Virus record (IMG/VR): IMGVR_UViG_3300007734_000736
Coordinates: 1-61,066 of that record
Origin: a virus
Taxonomy: Duplodnaviria; Caudoviricetes
Length of the DNA: 61,066 nt
Reading direction: 5' to 3' (one strand)
A model generated the notes under the pieces. That model worked only from the letters and a program-made list of their open reading frames with translations, was not told the origin of the DNA and searched no databases. How positions within the stretch are numbered: the stretch's first letter is position 1; every line of letters begins with the position of its first letter. The translations under genes were made by a program, and so were the position numbers. Shown in pieces: positions 44,301 to 54,488 of the stretch.

Positions 44301-47143
44301 TGAAGTCGCTTTGACCGGGGAACAGCAGAGATGTTTGCGCCCGTACGAATGGCCTGAGAGACACCGCTCATGTAAGCCGCAATGTCCTTGGCCAGAGCAG
44401 CGTCCTCAAAAATCTGCACACGCTGGCCCGTAAGCTTAGCTACAATGTTGTTCAAAAATGCCTTCATTTCCTCAAGGAAGTTCTTCTCAAAGGTGACCTG
44501 CTCATCGGCTAGGAGTGCGCCAAGGTCAACCATGAATTCCTCAGACTTGTACGCACCGCCGTATCCCGGAGTTTCCCTTTCCTCATATAGGTTAGCGAAG
44601 TCATTAAGCTTTCTTACGTCGCTTTCTTTAAGACGGCGTATAACCAGCTCACGAAGCTGATTGAAGTCAATTTCATTCTTGTCGAAGTGTGAAGCAAATA
44701 CATTGTGCCACACCTCGTGTGCCGCAGTCTTGAATGGATTGTATTGTCCCTTGTATCCAACGCCAGATACGTTCTCCTTTTGAGGAGTAAACATGACAAG
44801 CACTTGGTTACCTGGCTGACGAGTTCCTGCCGGTCCGGAAGTTTGAGTAACACCAAGACTTCCTTTGACATCAAATCCGGTACGACGACCAATTCGGGCA
44901 TATCCTTTGGGACCGAATCCTACACCAAACGTAATAACGTCTGGGGACACTTGCTTGTACGCTTCGTATGCCAGCAATACCTTTTCCATCTCACGGCGCA
45001 GCGATGGAGTTTGAGACTCCATCTCGCGCACATAGATTATGCGGTCGCGAGGCTCTGCCAAATTCAAGAATTCGTTCTTTGCAAAGTCCTCAGTGCCGCC
45101 CTTGATGTATTGTTCAAAGTAGCCTTTCTGCTCTTCTGACAACAACGAAATGGGGTCTTCCGACTCCGCAACCATCTTGCGTATTTCTGCACTTCTACGT
45201 TCCCCTTGTTCTGGAGTTTTTATGACCGTTCCGTCTGGCTGCCTCCCGAATATACGCTTCTCAAGTAAAGTATTGACTATTTCTCTTTGAGCGTCTTGAA
45301 GTACTCGACTTGGAGCAGTCGGCGCTTGGCCTCCTCTTGGCTTGAATACTCCCCCAGGCTCTTGCCCGACTTGCTGAGCACTCTGTACTTCTTGGGCGAC
45401 AGTTTCTGTATCACTTGGCTGTGGTGTTGGTTGTTCTACCTTACGAGACGCAGCAGCGTTATCGTAAATCTGTTGCAGCTGTTGGGCTGCGGAATTGAAC
45501 TGCTCTTCAATAGCAGTGCGCTCGGCCTCTGACAGGTCGGGGTTCTTCTTCAGTACGTCCTGCGCGTTGATGATGTCACCCACAAGCGTGTTTGCCGCAT
45601 CAATCTCCTCATCAGACAATACGCCCAAGAGGTCTTCTTGGATTGTGCGCATGCGAGAGTACTTCTGCTCCACCAGCTGCTGAATCTTGGTGTCGATTGC
45701 TTTGCGCTCTGGGCGACCCTCTTCAATGCGGCTACGCTTGAGGTCCGTTATCTGGTCGTCAATGTTTGCAATCTCTGCGTTGTTTACGGCAAACGTGAGG
45801 TTGCGAATGGCAGAAAGACGACGCTGGTCTTGCTGAGAAGCAAAGTCGATGTAGTCTCGCTCAGGCTGCGTTAGAGCGCTTTCTTTGGCCAGGTTGTATG
45901 CAGTAGATATTCCGGGGGTCAAAACCTCAGCAGCGGCCTCTAATGCGATGTCACGGGGTCTAATCTCCTCGCCAGCTGCAACCTGGCCAGCAGTTTCGCC
46001 ACCAGCACCAAGAGCGGCCTGAACGCCAGCCTCCTTGGCCACCTGTTTTGCTACTTCGCGAGCGGGCTGACGAGCCGCCAGTGCGGGCGCTGCGAAGCGC
46101 CCTCCAACCATACCAGCAACAGCATCAAATGCGGCAACCGGAACGGCCCGCTTCAGTCCCTTTTCACGAGCCTTAGCCATAAGCTTTTCGTCCGCAAAGG
46201 CCTTATTAAGTGCTTCCGGGTCAGTCACATCAACACCGGACTCCACCAGAATCTCGTTGACCTTGTTTCCGTATTCCATCGCCAACGAAGTGGCACCAGA
46301 GAATCCACCCATGGCCCCAACTCCAGCGCCTCCAGCAGCAGTTACTGCGGCAAGCGGTCCGCCAATAGCACCAAGTCCAGCGCCAACACCTGCGCCAGCT
46401 CCTGCGCCAGCAACAGCCCCAGCGATTCCAACCGGAGATGCAGCAACTTGCGATATCAAGCTCTCTGCGCCTGCCCGGATTACATCCAGGATAAAAGAGG
46501 GAGAGCCTGCAAGCGTTCCGGGCGCTGCGGCCAGATAGTCGCTAGGACGCGCAGCATCTCGCTGCTCAATGTAGTTGAGGTACGCAAGGTCTTCAATGCG
46601 CTGTCCAGGGCGGCTGATTCCAGCCATGATTTGGCCGCGTAGACCGCGGGCAACAGCTCGGTTGTACAGTCGCTGAATCTCGTTGGGAGATTCATCTACG
46701 AGAACATCTTTGGGTGCGGCGAATTGAGGCTTGCCCTCAACGGCAGCCTCAAGGCGCGCAAGTGGCTTTTCCTCTTGCAGCGCATGAAAGAACGGATACG
46801 TGTGCTTCTCGTCGGCCTTAAAGGGCGTAGCTCCGTATGCCGAAGTCGGGGACTTCAGCAGCTGGGGGACATCACCAAAGATTGCAGGGACTTCCTTCCT
46901 GGGAGTCTCATACAAATCTTTCCACGAAGAACCCGCAAGAGAATCCTCCGATAGTAATGGAGATTCGCCAGTACTTTTTTTTTTAGGCTCTTCTAGGGCA
47001 GCAGCAGGCTTTCCGAATTCACCAACGAATCGTTGTGAAAACATATCAATGACCTGCTGAGGCTCGTTGTTTGCGCGCATCTTCTGAAGCGCAGCATTGA
47101 GTTTCGCCTGGTCTGCCGGAGATAGAATGAGTTCGTCTTCCAT
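41354..47143 (-). CDS. Large internal virion/ejection protein with an HExxH motif
   Basis: 1929 aa; Gly/Ala-rich hydrophobic stretch; AAHEVWH; last of three genes after the tail genes. Confidence 0.65.
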   Translation of the reverse strand: MEDELILSPADQAKLNAALQKMRANNEPQQVIDMFSQRFVGEFGKPAAALEEPKKKSTGESPLLSEDSLAGSSWKDLYETPRKEVPAIFGDVPQLLKSPTSAYGATPFKADEKHTYPFFHALQEEKPLARLEAAVEGKPQFAAPKDVLVDESPNEIQRLYNRAVARGLRGQIMAGISRPGQRIEDLAYLNYIEQRDAARPSDYLAAAPGTLAGSPSFILDVIRAGAESLISQVAASPVGIAGAVAGAGAGAGVGAGLGAIGGPLAAVTAAGGAGVGAMGGFSGATSLAMEYGNKVNEILVESGVDVTDPEALNKAFADEKLMAKAREKGLKRAVPVAAFDAVAGMVGGRFAAPALAARQPAREVAKQVAKEAGVQAALGAGGETAGQVAAGEEIRPRDIALEAAAEVLTPGISTAYNLAKESALTQPERDYIDFASQQDQRRLSAIRNLTFAVNNAEIANIDDQITDLKRSRIEEGRPERKAIDTKIQQLVEQKYSRMRTIQEDLLGVLSDEEIDAANTLVGDIINAQDVLKKNPDLSEAERTAIEEQFNSAAQQLQQIYDNAAASRKVEQPTPQPSDTETVAQEVQSAQQVGQEPGGVFKPRGGQAPTAPSRVLQDAQREIVNTLLEKRIFGRQPDGTVIKTPEQGERRSAEIRKMVAESEDPISLLSEEQKGYFEQYIKGGTEDFAKNEFLNLAEPRDRIIYVREMESQTPSLRREMEKVLLAYEAYKQVSPDVITFGVGFGPKGYARIGRRTGFDVKGSLGVTQTSGPAGTRQPGNQVLVMFTPQKENVSGVGYKGQYNPFKTAAHEVWHNVFASHFDKNEIDFNQLRELVIRRLKESDVRKLNDFANLYEERETPGYGGAYKSEEFMVDLGALLADEQVTFEKNFLEEMKAFLNNIVAKLTGQRVQIFEDAALAKDIAAYMSGVSQAIRTGANISAVPRSKRLQTDRFKRANKSTFAPDGALIDMRYENMAGRQEPRSYERELRSDEVLFKKIGKIKDDVLLSIEKFLKSDRLRGIPKAILQAMEVAESMNVEIENRLFLTMSRIRKQLNKLPREEQVQIEKLTTDALFSEDDNVRATAIKELRNGTDAQKKIASEISILIAIRDTLQDTLINSTAFDNLSDVLRETIKTRNQYYGTRTYRLFTDPKFKVDTNLKEQAINDLIQLEINDRAENMFFDGEEITDWKGDVIDDPDEADYMDYIQRKQGVKISDSVRARVDKILALQGRNKSLGEAKLGELRVPVKQFGKRGDLPESLRVLMGEETNPFVKFSQTVANLTSIIQRYTLVDRVNQAARNSGLSSLIIPRPVIQALKKEKLSRNNMISLGQQMGIIPVGETYKTTSKDLRNKILEKLRSDYTEVTETKSPMYGKWVSNDFLSLFQQTPLYDSNNKILKLYYKQLLQLRRIRVLYNLPTWRKNIMGGWYFLFANGVLPYNSARGGLTLFKDLGNRLKKWKTGEFDPETQAVFEEMGQYGLLSASINAGLLGEINNSYMQMYQDTPPNKAWSWLNRMNTRGARIGYQYGAIDDYTKMIAYLAKRENFAKRIASNPEGKSYAELNAEQQEEVRKMTAERIKQNFPTMSRLHPSFRQISKLPFGDFLSFRLEAFRSYFGVFQNAISDVNEAVSNGNLSASQRQAYFVDGMTSLVALITQATMSNIGYLTIAKSFFDDEEEKILAAKMREVPFLMPDWMKGSNVVPISMNPDGTIRYINISSEDPYDEITSLIFGREGISRSESLNSILSNFAEPNISVKLWYNIIEGKDNYGKPIIDNKDASWLAKKLGQAMYIGRQYFVPTNIDFIGRELYKAYERKKEDPDLDLKPLETAIQLSTNLVFRDYPVNIGQQFYYNLKDQKFEDDEPWVELGETERANRRARLDQVREAYQTIVQYGEHFENYDLQNNAEKNLTRSFRDDEDALLYIMYDIPLPE

Positions 47144-47150
47144 GTAATTT

Positions 47151-48569
47151 TTATTGTCCTAAGTAGGTTTGCTTATACTGGTCGTAGTCAAAGTTAAGCA
47201 TGGGGGGCAATCCTTGTGGTTGCTGCAGCTGTTCCCTCATCTCTCTTCCGGCGCGGTTGAACTGCCCAGCAGGACTGTTTGTCCACTCATTGTACGTTTG
47301 ATTCAGCTGTTCAAATGCAGCACGGATTAGGCCTGCCGTCTTAGCATTGCTCAATGAAGACAGAATTTCCTCAGTGGCCGGAATAGCTTCGCTAACGACG
47401 CGCTGCTGACCAGTACCAGTTCGGACGCTGTAAGTGGCAACAAGCATAGGTTCTCCAGCAGCATTGACTCCGGCATAGTTGACCGTATACTTCCTATTGT
47501 TTTCTGGGTCTACATAGCTTGGCTTTTCTCCAGAAACCGGGTAGTTGAATATCAATCCAGCATTCTCCTTGGTCACGCCCGTGGCTACTGGAGCTTTGGT
47601 TTCGCTACCAGGAGCAATCTTTGGTCTCAAAACGGGAACGTCTGAAGCAAAAAGATTGAATACTGGTGCTGGCTTTCCATCAGTTTTCTGTGAGAAGCGC
47701 TGCTGCATAATCAACTTGGCACGATACAGAGCCAACTCCTTGTTGTTCTTCTCGGTCTCCGTTTCGATGTTGTTGCGCAACGAGTTCTCGAGGGCCCTGT
47801 TAACCATTTCCTCAAAGCGATTGAGCGTCTCAATAGACGTCTGGTCGTCAATGTTGGCGATTTTAGAGATGTCTTCAAAAGAATCAGTTAGCGCCCCATC
47901 CTTACGCATCACGTAGGCAAGAGCTTGCTGCTGCTCGTCTTCCGTTAGGCCGTTTGCTGCAAAGTAGTTCTTAGTAATGTCTCTTAGCTTTTTGGAGTCA
48001 AGCTGTCCAGTATTGGAGTCATATATGTCCTGCAGTCCTCCGCCAGAAGAAAGGCGCTCCATGATTGTTGTAGCAATAGCGCCAGGAGTCATTTCCTTGG
48101 CTTGGTAACGAAGGAACTTAGAAAGCGACGGCAGAGAGGATATTGCGGCAGGGATACCAACAGCGTCAACCGGGCGCATGCGGTCTTGCTCAAGCGCCTT
48201 GAGTAGGGTTGCTGGGTCCTTGTACAACGTGGGGTTGGACAAGATAGTAGCCTCTCGGTCATCAAGCTCACGAGTCCAATCAATTGCGTCAGCGGCGAGC
48301 GACTTGTATTGGCTGTAAAGCGCCTGACGTTGCTTTTTGGCCTCAAACGACATATCCCCAGAGGCAAGGTTGTCCTGGAGCTGGTTCCACAACTTCTCTA
48401 CCTCGGGACGTACGCCCTCAGCGATGCGTCCCCTGGTTTGCTGGAACTGATTTAGGTACTCTAGCTTGCGTAGCTCAGACTCTTCACGGCGGGCCTTTGC
48501 TGCCTCATATTGGGCACCAAGGTCCAGCACCGGAAGCTGGGCTACTGGCATGTATTCTGCGTTGCGCAT
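47151..48569 (-). CDS. Putative internal virion/ejection protein
   Basis: Position and helical composition. Confidence 0.55.
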   Translation of the reverse strand: MRNAEYMPVAQLPVLDLGAQYEAAKARREESELRKLEYLNQFQQTRGRIAEGVRPEVEKLWNQLQDNLASGDMSFEAKKQRQALYSQYKSLAADAIDWTRELDDREATILSNPTLYKDPATLLKALEQDRMRPVDAVGIPAAISSLPSLSKFLRYQAKEMTPGAIATTIMERLSSGGGLQDIYDSNTGQLDSKKLRDITKNYFAANGLTEDEQQQALAYVMRKDGALTDSFEDISKIANIDDQTSIETLNRFEEMVNRALENSLRNNIETETEKNNKELALYRAKLIMQQRFSQKTDGKPAPVFNLFASDVPVLRPKIAPGSETKAPVATGVTKENAGLIFNYPVSGEKPSYVDPENNRKYTVNYAGVNAAGEPMLVATYSVRTGTGQQRVVSEAIPATEEILSSLSNAKTAGLIRAAFEQLNQTYNEWTNSPAGQFNRAGREMREQLQQPQGLPPMLNFDYDQYKQTYLGQ

Positions 48570-49432
48570 TACTTGAATTGGCGTTTACTTAGCAAATCAC
48601 GTACAAACTTATGCAGTGCCGAGTTGCCCCCCGCTGATAAGCTTTTGAGTTTCTCGGACTGCTTTGGGTTGAAGATGTACTCTCCGCCAGTCATCTCCGC
48701 AATTTTCTTTCCGTCCTTGATTACGTCAATCGGGTTGGTCTTGTGAGAGAAAGCGCCTGGAGTCTTGATAGCCCCTCCATTTTTAGCCAGTCCAATCTGC
48801 TGAGTGTAGGCGTCGGCATAAGAACCGGCCTCATCGCTTCCAAACTCTCCCACGGTAGAGCCCTTGAGTTTGCCTTTGGTAGTCACTTTACCTTGCTTTT
48901 CTTCTTGGCTCTTGGGACCAATCCCTCCAGCTACTTCAGCAAGGCCGCCAGCAAGCATGCCAAGGCTCGTGAGCGCGCCCTGTCTTGCAGCATCAGCGGC
49001 AGCCATAAGGTTTTGACGCTGAGGCGCGGTACGCGCGCGGCTGGCCATAATGGTATCCGCATCGCTTTGCGCAGAAAGCCGTGCTCCGGTTTCCCCAATG
49101 CCCTGCAAAAGGTTGGCGCTAGTCTCTGCTTCAGTTCTAGCGGCAATCGGTGAGATTGCCTGAACAGCACGCGAGCCACCGGCCTCCTGCGCCGCCTTGA
49201 GGGCGGCTGCAGTAGACCTTGCTGCTGCGTCCGTAGCAAACTGCGCTTGGCTTTCCTGACGAGCGATACGACGACGTGCTGCTTCCGACAGAATAGCTCC
49301 AGATTCGGCCTGGTCCAACTGCGCAAGTTCTCGTCTTGCCTTGCGCTCCTGAAGCATGGAGTAGGCACCTCCGGCGAGTCCGGCCCCCACATTCAGGAGA
49401 CCACCAACTATGAATTTCTTAGGCTTGCCCAT
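48569..49432 (-). CDS. Putative internal virion/ejection protein
   Basis: Gly-rich hydrophobic N-terminus, Ala-rich body, KNGG..TPG.FSH..GGEYIF. Confidence 0.6.
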   Translation of the reverse strand: MGKPKKFIVGGLLNVGAGLAGGAYSMLQERKARRELAQLDQAESGAILSEAARRRIARQESQAQFATDAAARSTAAALKAAQEAGGSRAVQAISPIAARTEAETSANLLQGIGETGARLSAQSDADTIMASRARTAPQRQNLMAAADAARQGALTSLGMLAGGLAEVAGGIGPKSQEEKQGKVTTKGKLKGSTVGEFGSDEAGSYADAYTQQIGLAKNGGAIKTPGAFSHKTNPIDVIKDGKKIAEMTGGEYIFNPKQSEKLKSLSAGGNSALHKFVRDLLSKRQFK

Positions 49433-49451
49433 ATTACAAAAATAGCGTTTT

Positions 49452-52400
49452 TTACTGACCTTGTTGGTTGTGTAGATTAGACTTGGAGTATATCAAGTTG
49501 ATTGCGTACAACTCGTGAGGAGTGGTAAGAGAGTTTGTAAGCGTAACCTGAAGGTAGTAGTCGCGTAACGGGTCGCCTTCAATGGATGGCGTAGCTACCA
49601 ATACCACCACGTCGTTTTGCACCAGACCAGAGGCCGTAGCATTACAGGTTATCTGCTTCTCTCCGCTCTTGCTGTTTGCACGGTAGCCCAAAGGCTCCAG
49701 GCGGTTGCTTGCCACATTGAGCTTGTAGAGCGCCGTAGTGCTTCCAACCGGGAAAGGAATGTTGTTGATTGCGTTCTTGAAGTTGATTACACTACCGCTC
49801 GCAGAGTTGACCACGCCGAGAGAGAAGAACTGGGAAGTTCCGTCGACCGACGTAATGTTAGCTGTTGAAGTAGTGGACACGGCCCCCATCGTTGAGTCCT
49901 GGTGGATTGGCGCGTAGTAGAACCCTTCTTTGTCCTGCCAGATGCTGCTAGCCAGTGCAGAGGTTTGATTTGAGTTGTTCAAAGTACAAGACCATGCGCC
50001 GCTATTTCCCTCAAGGCTGATTGCCTCGTAGACCTTAATCATCGAAGGGTTGAAATTTGAAATGACCTCTACGATACTTGGGGCAGCCGTACCATAGAAG
50101 GTGTTTCTGGGTACGGTTGGATTGTGCTCGTAAATGATTCCATTCTTGAACGTGTAGAGCGCGTCAGACAGCGATACAATCTGCTCAGGGATGTATGAAT
50201 AACGAGTGCTCCAGAAGTTCTCACGAATGTCGTACGCGATGGTGAAAGCTGGAAGCGTTTCGGTTGTTTGGGATATAACGCCAGTTGACTCTGCCGTATC
50301 GGTAAGCGTCAGCTGGGTAGTTTGCTGGCTGAAAGTAGACAGCATGAACGCGTTGAACGAAGAGTTTGCGACGGCTACCGGAACAGCAGCGGTTAGTGCT
50401 CCGTTTTGGTATGCTGGAGAATAGCTCTCAGCCAAAGCCACGATTGGCTGATTGGTCAACTGATTGGTAATGATGAGTCCAGCACCAGAGGTATCAAAGT
50501 CATCTTGGTTCACGTCAAAGTCGCGAGGGTCGCTCTCAAAGTTGAACGTAAGGCTATCGTCGTACACCGGTACAGAATTTATCACCGTGGCTGCGCTGTT
50601 AGTAGAGCCAAATCCGATTGCCTCATTTCCAGTAAGCGTATCGTCAACAAGTATCTGAGAAGTATACAGGGCCTCTGCGCTGATGATGTACTCCGTGTTC
50701 TCTTTGTCTATGCCGCCAATGTATCGGCGGTTCGTTGCAGTAGTCTCAGTAGAGTACAGATTGCTCTCAAAGAACGCATCTACCAGCTGTTCGCTGATGA
50801 CCTCAATGCCAGAATCAAAGCCAATGCGGCAAACCTTAGCGGCAAGAGCGTCAATGAAGAATACATAGCCTCGGTACGAAGCAACAGACTCTGGGTTGTT
50901 GTTGACGCCAAATTCTCCAGTGTAGTATTTGACCGGACCAAGAATGAGGTTTGATGCCACAAGAGACTCTCCAACGTCTGCGGTTATCACATTGCGGCCT
51001 ACCGGGATTATTCCAGCACGGCGCTCATGAATGACGTACATCAACTCGTTATATGGGACAAGACTACGGATTGAGCCGTAGTCGTATGCCAGGTCTTTGT
51101 AGTTAATCTTTGTGAGGTTAAACGAAGAAAGCCCTAACGTAGTGTTCTCCGTGTTGAATGGGTCAGACCACGTGATTGAGCCAACTCGCTTGTATGTCCT
51201 TGCGTCTGGAAGGAACGGGAATGAGCGACCAAGAGACTGGTAATCAGACTCATAGAAGTCACTAACTCGGTAGTCCTCAACAAAGTCAACAATGTTGTTC
51301 TGTGCAAATGCAATCTGGGTATTGCTTGGAATGCTTTGGTTGGTTGCTCCAGCACCAACCAAAAGAGTACGCAATCTGAAATACGAGTCTCCATTGTTGA
51401 GCAACAGAACCGCATCGGGGTTTTGAACTGTGAAGTTCGCGGTAGATGGGACCGTGAAGTTTGCAACCGTCACCCCATAGAACAGATAATTGAATCCGGT
51501 TTCTGCCGTACTTGGTGTTACGTTGCCAACCGTTATTTGTTTGCCGGAGCCATCTTGAATGATGTCTCCTTTGTATATCTGAGCAGCAGCATACCCGGTA
51601 ACCTGGTTGCCAGACTGCGCAGTAATCTTGACGCTAGTGGTTAGCGTGGTGCGCTCTGAATCATGAACTCCACCAGTTATGCCCAGGTTTGTTCCAATTT
51701 CGTAGTAAAGAAGCGTGTCAAACGAGCGATTCTCTCGGTATATCTCAATGACGCATTCATCATTCCAGTTTGTTGAACCATTGCTAATGCTATCCGCATT
51801 GAATCCGACAGCCTTAGGGTTATCTTCAATCACCAAGAATGTTCCAGTCGTATTTTGAACTGCAGCTCGAGAACTTCTGTCTAGCAATGGGTTCAGTAGC
51901 TGGTCATCTATTAAGTTCACCGTCTTGACAACCTTGAACACGTATTGAGTTTTTTGGTTGTTGCTATACCTTACAATGCGCACCTTATCGCCTACCGCAA
52001 ATCCATATTCAATAAGTGCCCCAAACTGGTTTGTGTATGAGTTCTCTTTGCTCTGAAGCGTATTGAGCGAAAGATATATGCTTTGGTTTGCACCAAATGA
52101 ACCTTGGTTCGACTGGTCGTTGAATGCCAAGTATGCACCGCCAACACTGTACTGGACTTTGTTGATGATGGAGCCCTGTCCAGCATATACGGGCGAGTAT
52201 CGCTTAGCCCAAACCGGAGGAGTATGCTTGATGCGCATTACCACGTTTGCAAAGCCGTCTAAGTCGTTTTGAGAGCTTCTGTCGTTGGTATGAAGGATAT
52301 CTGCAGCGCCCACCTTTTGAACGCCTCCAGCGCGGCCTCGGTCGTCAAAATAGACGATTCCAAGCTGGTGCATGGAGCCAGACTTGAAACAGCGATTGCC

Positions 52401-54485
52401 GTCCATCTTGTCACTGGCAATCATGAAACATCCTGCCGCAGTTACAGAAGGATTTGTTCTAGTAGTTGCACCAAATCTTTCGATGTATCCGTTCTTCTGG
52501 GCTCCATCAAATTGTGGATTGAGGGCGGTGTTGTTTATTTTAACCCTTTGACCTCTTCCATTTTCCTGAAAGCCATTGATTCTTATGACGTTGTTTTGAT
52601 TCTTGGAGTTGGCTGGACCCTCAATGAAATCAAATTGGGCCGTTGGTGAGTCTGGGTCAACAATGTCACACTGCTTACTATCAAACACCATCTTGTCTAC
52701 GGAAATGGTAAGCAAGTCAATCAACACACGGTATTCCTGGACGTTTCCAATAGATGAAATTCTTCTCACATAGCTATAACCTTTGCCTCGGAAAGCAGCG
52801 GATTCTACTCCGCCAGGAGTTTCTCCTCCAGTAGTGAATATGCTGAATCCACCGTTTCCTGGTTGCGGATTAGCAAGCAAGGGATATCTTCCGATGATTT
52901 CAGTAGTGACAAGCTCCATTATCTGTGCGCGAGTCATGCCTTTCAAAATGTCAATGCGCTTGCGTATTTGAAGTCCACTAGTCAACAGATTGATGCCCTT
53001 TTTGATTTCAAGAATTGGCACCTCTCTGTCTATGGTTTCGCTTGTGTTTTTCTGAACTATAAACCTAATTGTTGGCGGACAGTTGAGTGTTCCATCTGCT
53101 GCGTTTGGACCACAACCAAGGCCACTCGTGGTAGTTCTCATTCCAGATATGGCCGTAAGTTTTTCAGTACCACTTTCTGATGGAAATACCTCTACCTCTC
53201 CACCTTGGCCTGCAAAAAACCGGTATCCGTTCTGCAGGCCTCCAGACATGGGGTTATTTAGGTTCAAAAAACCATAGTCATACGAGAAAGATAGAAACAG
53301 TGAGCAGTCTTCAGTGGCTGTTGCCGGTATGCCAGAATAATCTATCAAAAATCCTCTCCCATTTTCTGAGAGTGTGACATCAATATCAAAAACTGATGGC
53401 TTCTGGTTGTAATTCGGAGTGACAGAAGTGCCGTCTACTGACAGGTTCGGATATCCCTCGGTATATCCACCATAGAACAATCGACCACTGCAGATGGCTT
53501 GAGAGTCAGCAACCTGAGGTACGTTGTCGTATCGTTTGTCTTGAATCTCCGGAGCTAAAGCAATGTAGCTTTGGTCATCACGAAAATTCACCGTTGATGT
53601 CCCAGTAGACGGATTGTTCAGGATGCTAGAAATCAAAAAGAAAGGCGTGTCCTTGTCTCCGCGACGACCATACACATTGATTTTTCTCACGTCTCCCTTG
53701 CTGTTGTTTACGGAGATGTTTATCTGGTTCAGCGTATTGCGGTCCGCATTGTTGATGAATCCATCCTTGAGCTGAAACTCCGTAACGCTCAGCTCCGAAT
53801 ACGGGCTGAGCGCAGACTGCTCCCCATCCATGTACTCATACTGGTAGGCAAACTGGAAGTTCTTCTCAAAGATGTCGTTCTGGGGGTAGTTTGCGTTGTT
53901 GGTAAACGAGATGGTCGGAGGCTCTAACGGGGGCTGCTTGGCAACCGTGATGTAGAGAAGTTTTTCCTCGTTGGTTCCGTTCAAGAACGGTGAAGGATAT
54001 CCTCCATTGCCCGTGAAACTCTGCTCTGCCTTTGTGGCGTTTATCTTCTTGGGAGGAGTCAAGCTGTCGTTGAGGTACAGCAGGATATCCGTATTGGAAT
54101 TGCGTACTACCGACATCTGAACGAAGGAGTCCTGAGAGAACTGCAGAACAGAACTCTGGTAGACCTTGTACGCCTTCTTTCCGTTGGCATCGTATCGGAT
54201 AATCAGGTGGCTTCCGTTGCTGTTGTATACGGCAAAGTATATCTGGTTGGTGGTCTCATCCGCAACAGAACCAATGGTCTTGTTCGTTCCGGCAGGCATG
54301 GAGCCGTTCTCCAGCGTGCTAGAACGCGCTACGTTTCCATAAGCATTTTTGATTACAAGCGCATCACGTTCAACGTCAACCGAAACGCGCAAGTTCTGCG
54401 CGTCGGTCATCTCTACGTTTTTTACCAGGCGCTCATCATCATCGGTGTTGAGATAGCGCGGGATGAGCTTATCAATCGAAGGCAT
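49452..54485 (-). CDS. Tail nozzle/stabilisation (muzzle-like) protein
   Basis: 1677 aa, beta-rich; FAYQYEY.DGE.S, RLFYGGY, GIVYFDDRGR, NPES motifs typical of podovirus nozzle proteins. Confidence 0.7.
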   Translation of the reverse strand: MPSIDKLIPRYLNTDDDERLVKNVEMTDAQNLRVSVDVERDALVIKNAYGNVARSSTLENGSMPAGTNKTIGSVADETTNQIYFAVYNSNGSHLIIRYDANGKKAYKVYQSSVLQFSQDSFVQMSVVRNSNTDILLYLNDSLTPPKKINATKAEQSFTGNGGYPSPFLNGTNEEKLLYITVAKQPPLEPPTISFTNNANYPQNDIFEKNFQFAYQYEYMDGEQSALSPYSELSVTEFQLKDGFINNADRNTLNQINISVNNSKGDVRKINVYGRRGDKDTPFFLISSILNNPSTGTSTVNFRDDQSYIALAPEIQDKRYDNVPQVADSQAICSGRLFYGGYTEGYPNLSVDGTSVTPNYNQKPSVFDIDVTLSENGRGFLIDYSGIPATATEDCSLFLSFSYDYGFLNLNNPMSGGLQNGYRFFAGQGGEVEVFPSESGTEKLTAISGMRTTTSGLGCGPNAADGTLNCPPTIRFIVQKNTSETIDREVPILEIKKGINLLTSGLQIRKRIDILKGMTRAQIMELVTTEIIGRYPLLANPQPGNGGFSIFTTGGETPGGVESAAFRGKGYSYVRRISSIGNVQEYRVLIDLLTISVDKMVFDSKQCDIVDPDSPTAQFDFIEGPANSKNQNNVIRINGFQENGRGQRVKINNTALNPQFDGAQKNGYIERFGATTRTNPSVTAAGCFMIASDKMDGNRCFKSGSMHQLGIVYFDDRGRAGGVQKVGAADILHTNDRSSQNDLDGFANVVMRIKHTPPVWAKRYSPVYAGQGSIINKVQYSVGGAYLAFNDQSNQGSFGANQSIYLSLNTLQSKENSYTNQFGALIEYGFAVGDKVRIVRYSNNQKTQYVFKVVKTVNLIDDQLLNPLLDRSSRAAVQNTTGTFLVIEDNPKAVGFNADSISNGSTNWNDECVIEIYRENRSFDTLLYYEIGTNLGITGGVHDSERTTLTTSVKITAQSGNQVTGYAAAQIYKGDIIQDGSGKQITVGNVTPSTAETGFNYLFYGVTVANFTVPSTANFTVQNPDAVLLLNNGDSYFRLRTLLVGAGATNQSIPSNTQIAFAQNNIVDFVEDYRVSDFYESDYQSLGRSFPFLPDARTYKRVGSITWSDPFNTENTTLGLSSFNLTKINYKDLAYDYGSIRSLVPYNELMYVIHERRAGIIPVGRNVITADVGESLVASNLILGPVKYYTGEFGVNNNPESVASYRGYVFFIDALAAKVCRIGFDSGIEVISEQLVDAFFESNLYSTETTATNRRYIGGIDKENTEYIISAEALYTSQILVDDTLTGNEAIGFGSTNSAATVINSVPVYDDSLTFNFESDPRDFDVNQDDFDTSGAGLIITNQLTNQPIVALAESYSPAYQNGALTAAVPVAVANSSFNAFMLSTFSQQTTQLTLTDTAESTGVISQTTETLPAFTIAYDIRENFWSTRYSYIPEQIVSLSDALYTFKNGIIYEHNPTVPRNTFYGTAAPSIVEVISNFNPSMIKVYEAISLEGNSGAWSCTLNNSNQTSALASSIWQDKEGFYYAPIHQDSTMGAVSTTSTANITSVDGTSQFFSLGVVNSASGSVINFKNAINNIPFPVGSTTALYKLNVASNRLEPLGYRANSKSGEKQITCNATASGLVQNDVVVLVATPSIEGDPLRDYYLQVTLTNSLTTPHELYAINLIYSKSNLHNQQGQ

Positions 54486-54488
54486 AGA

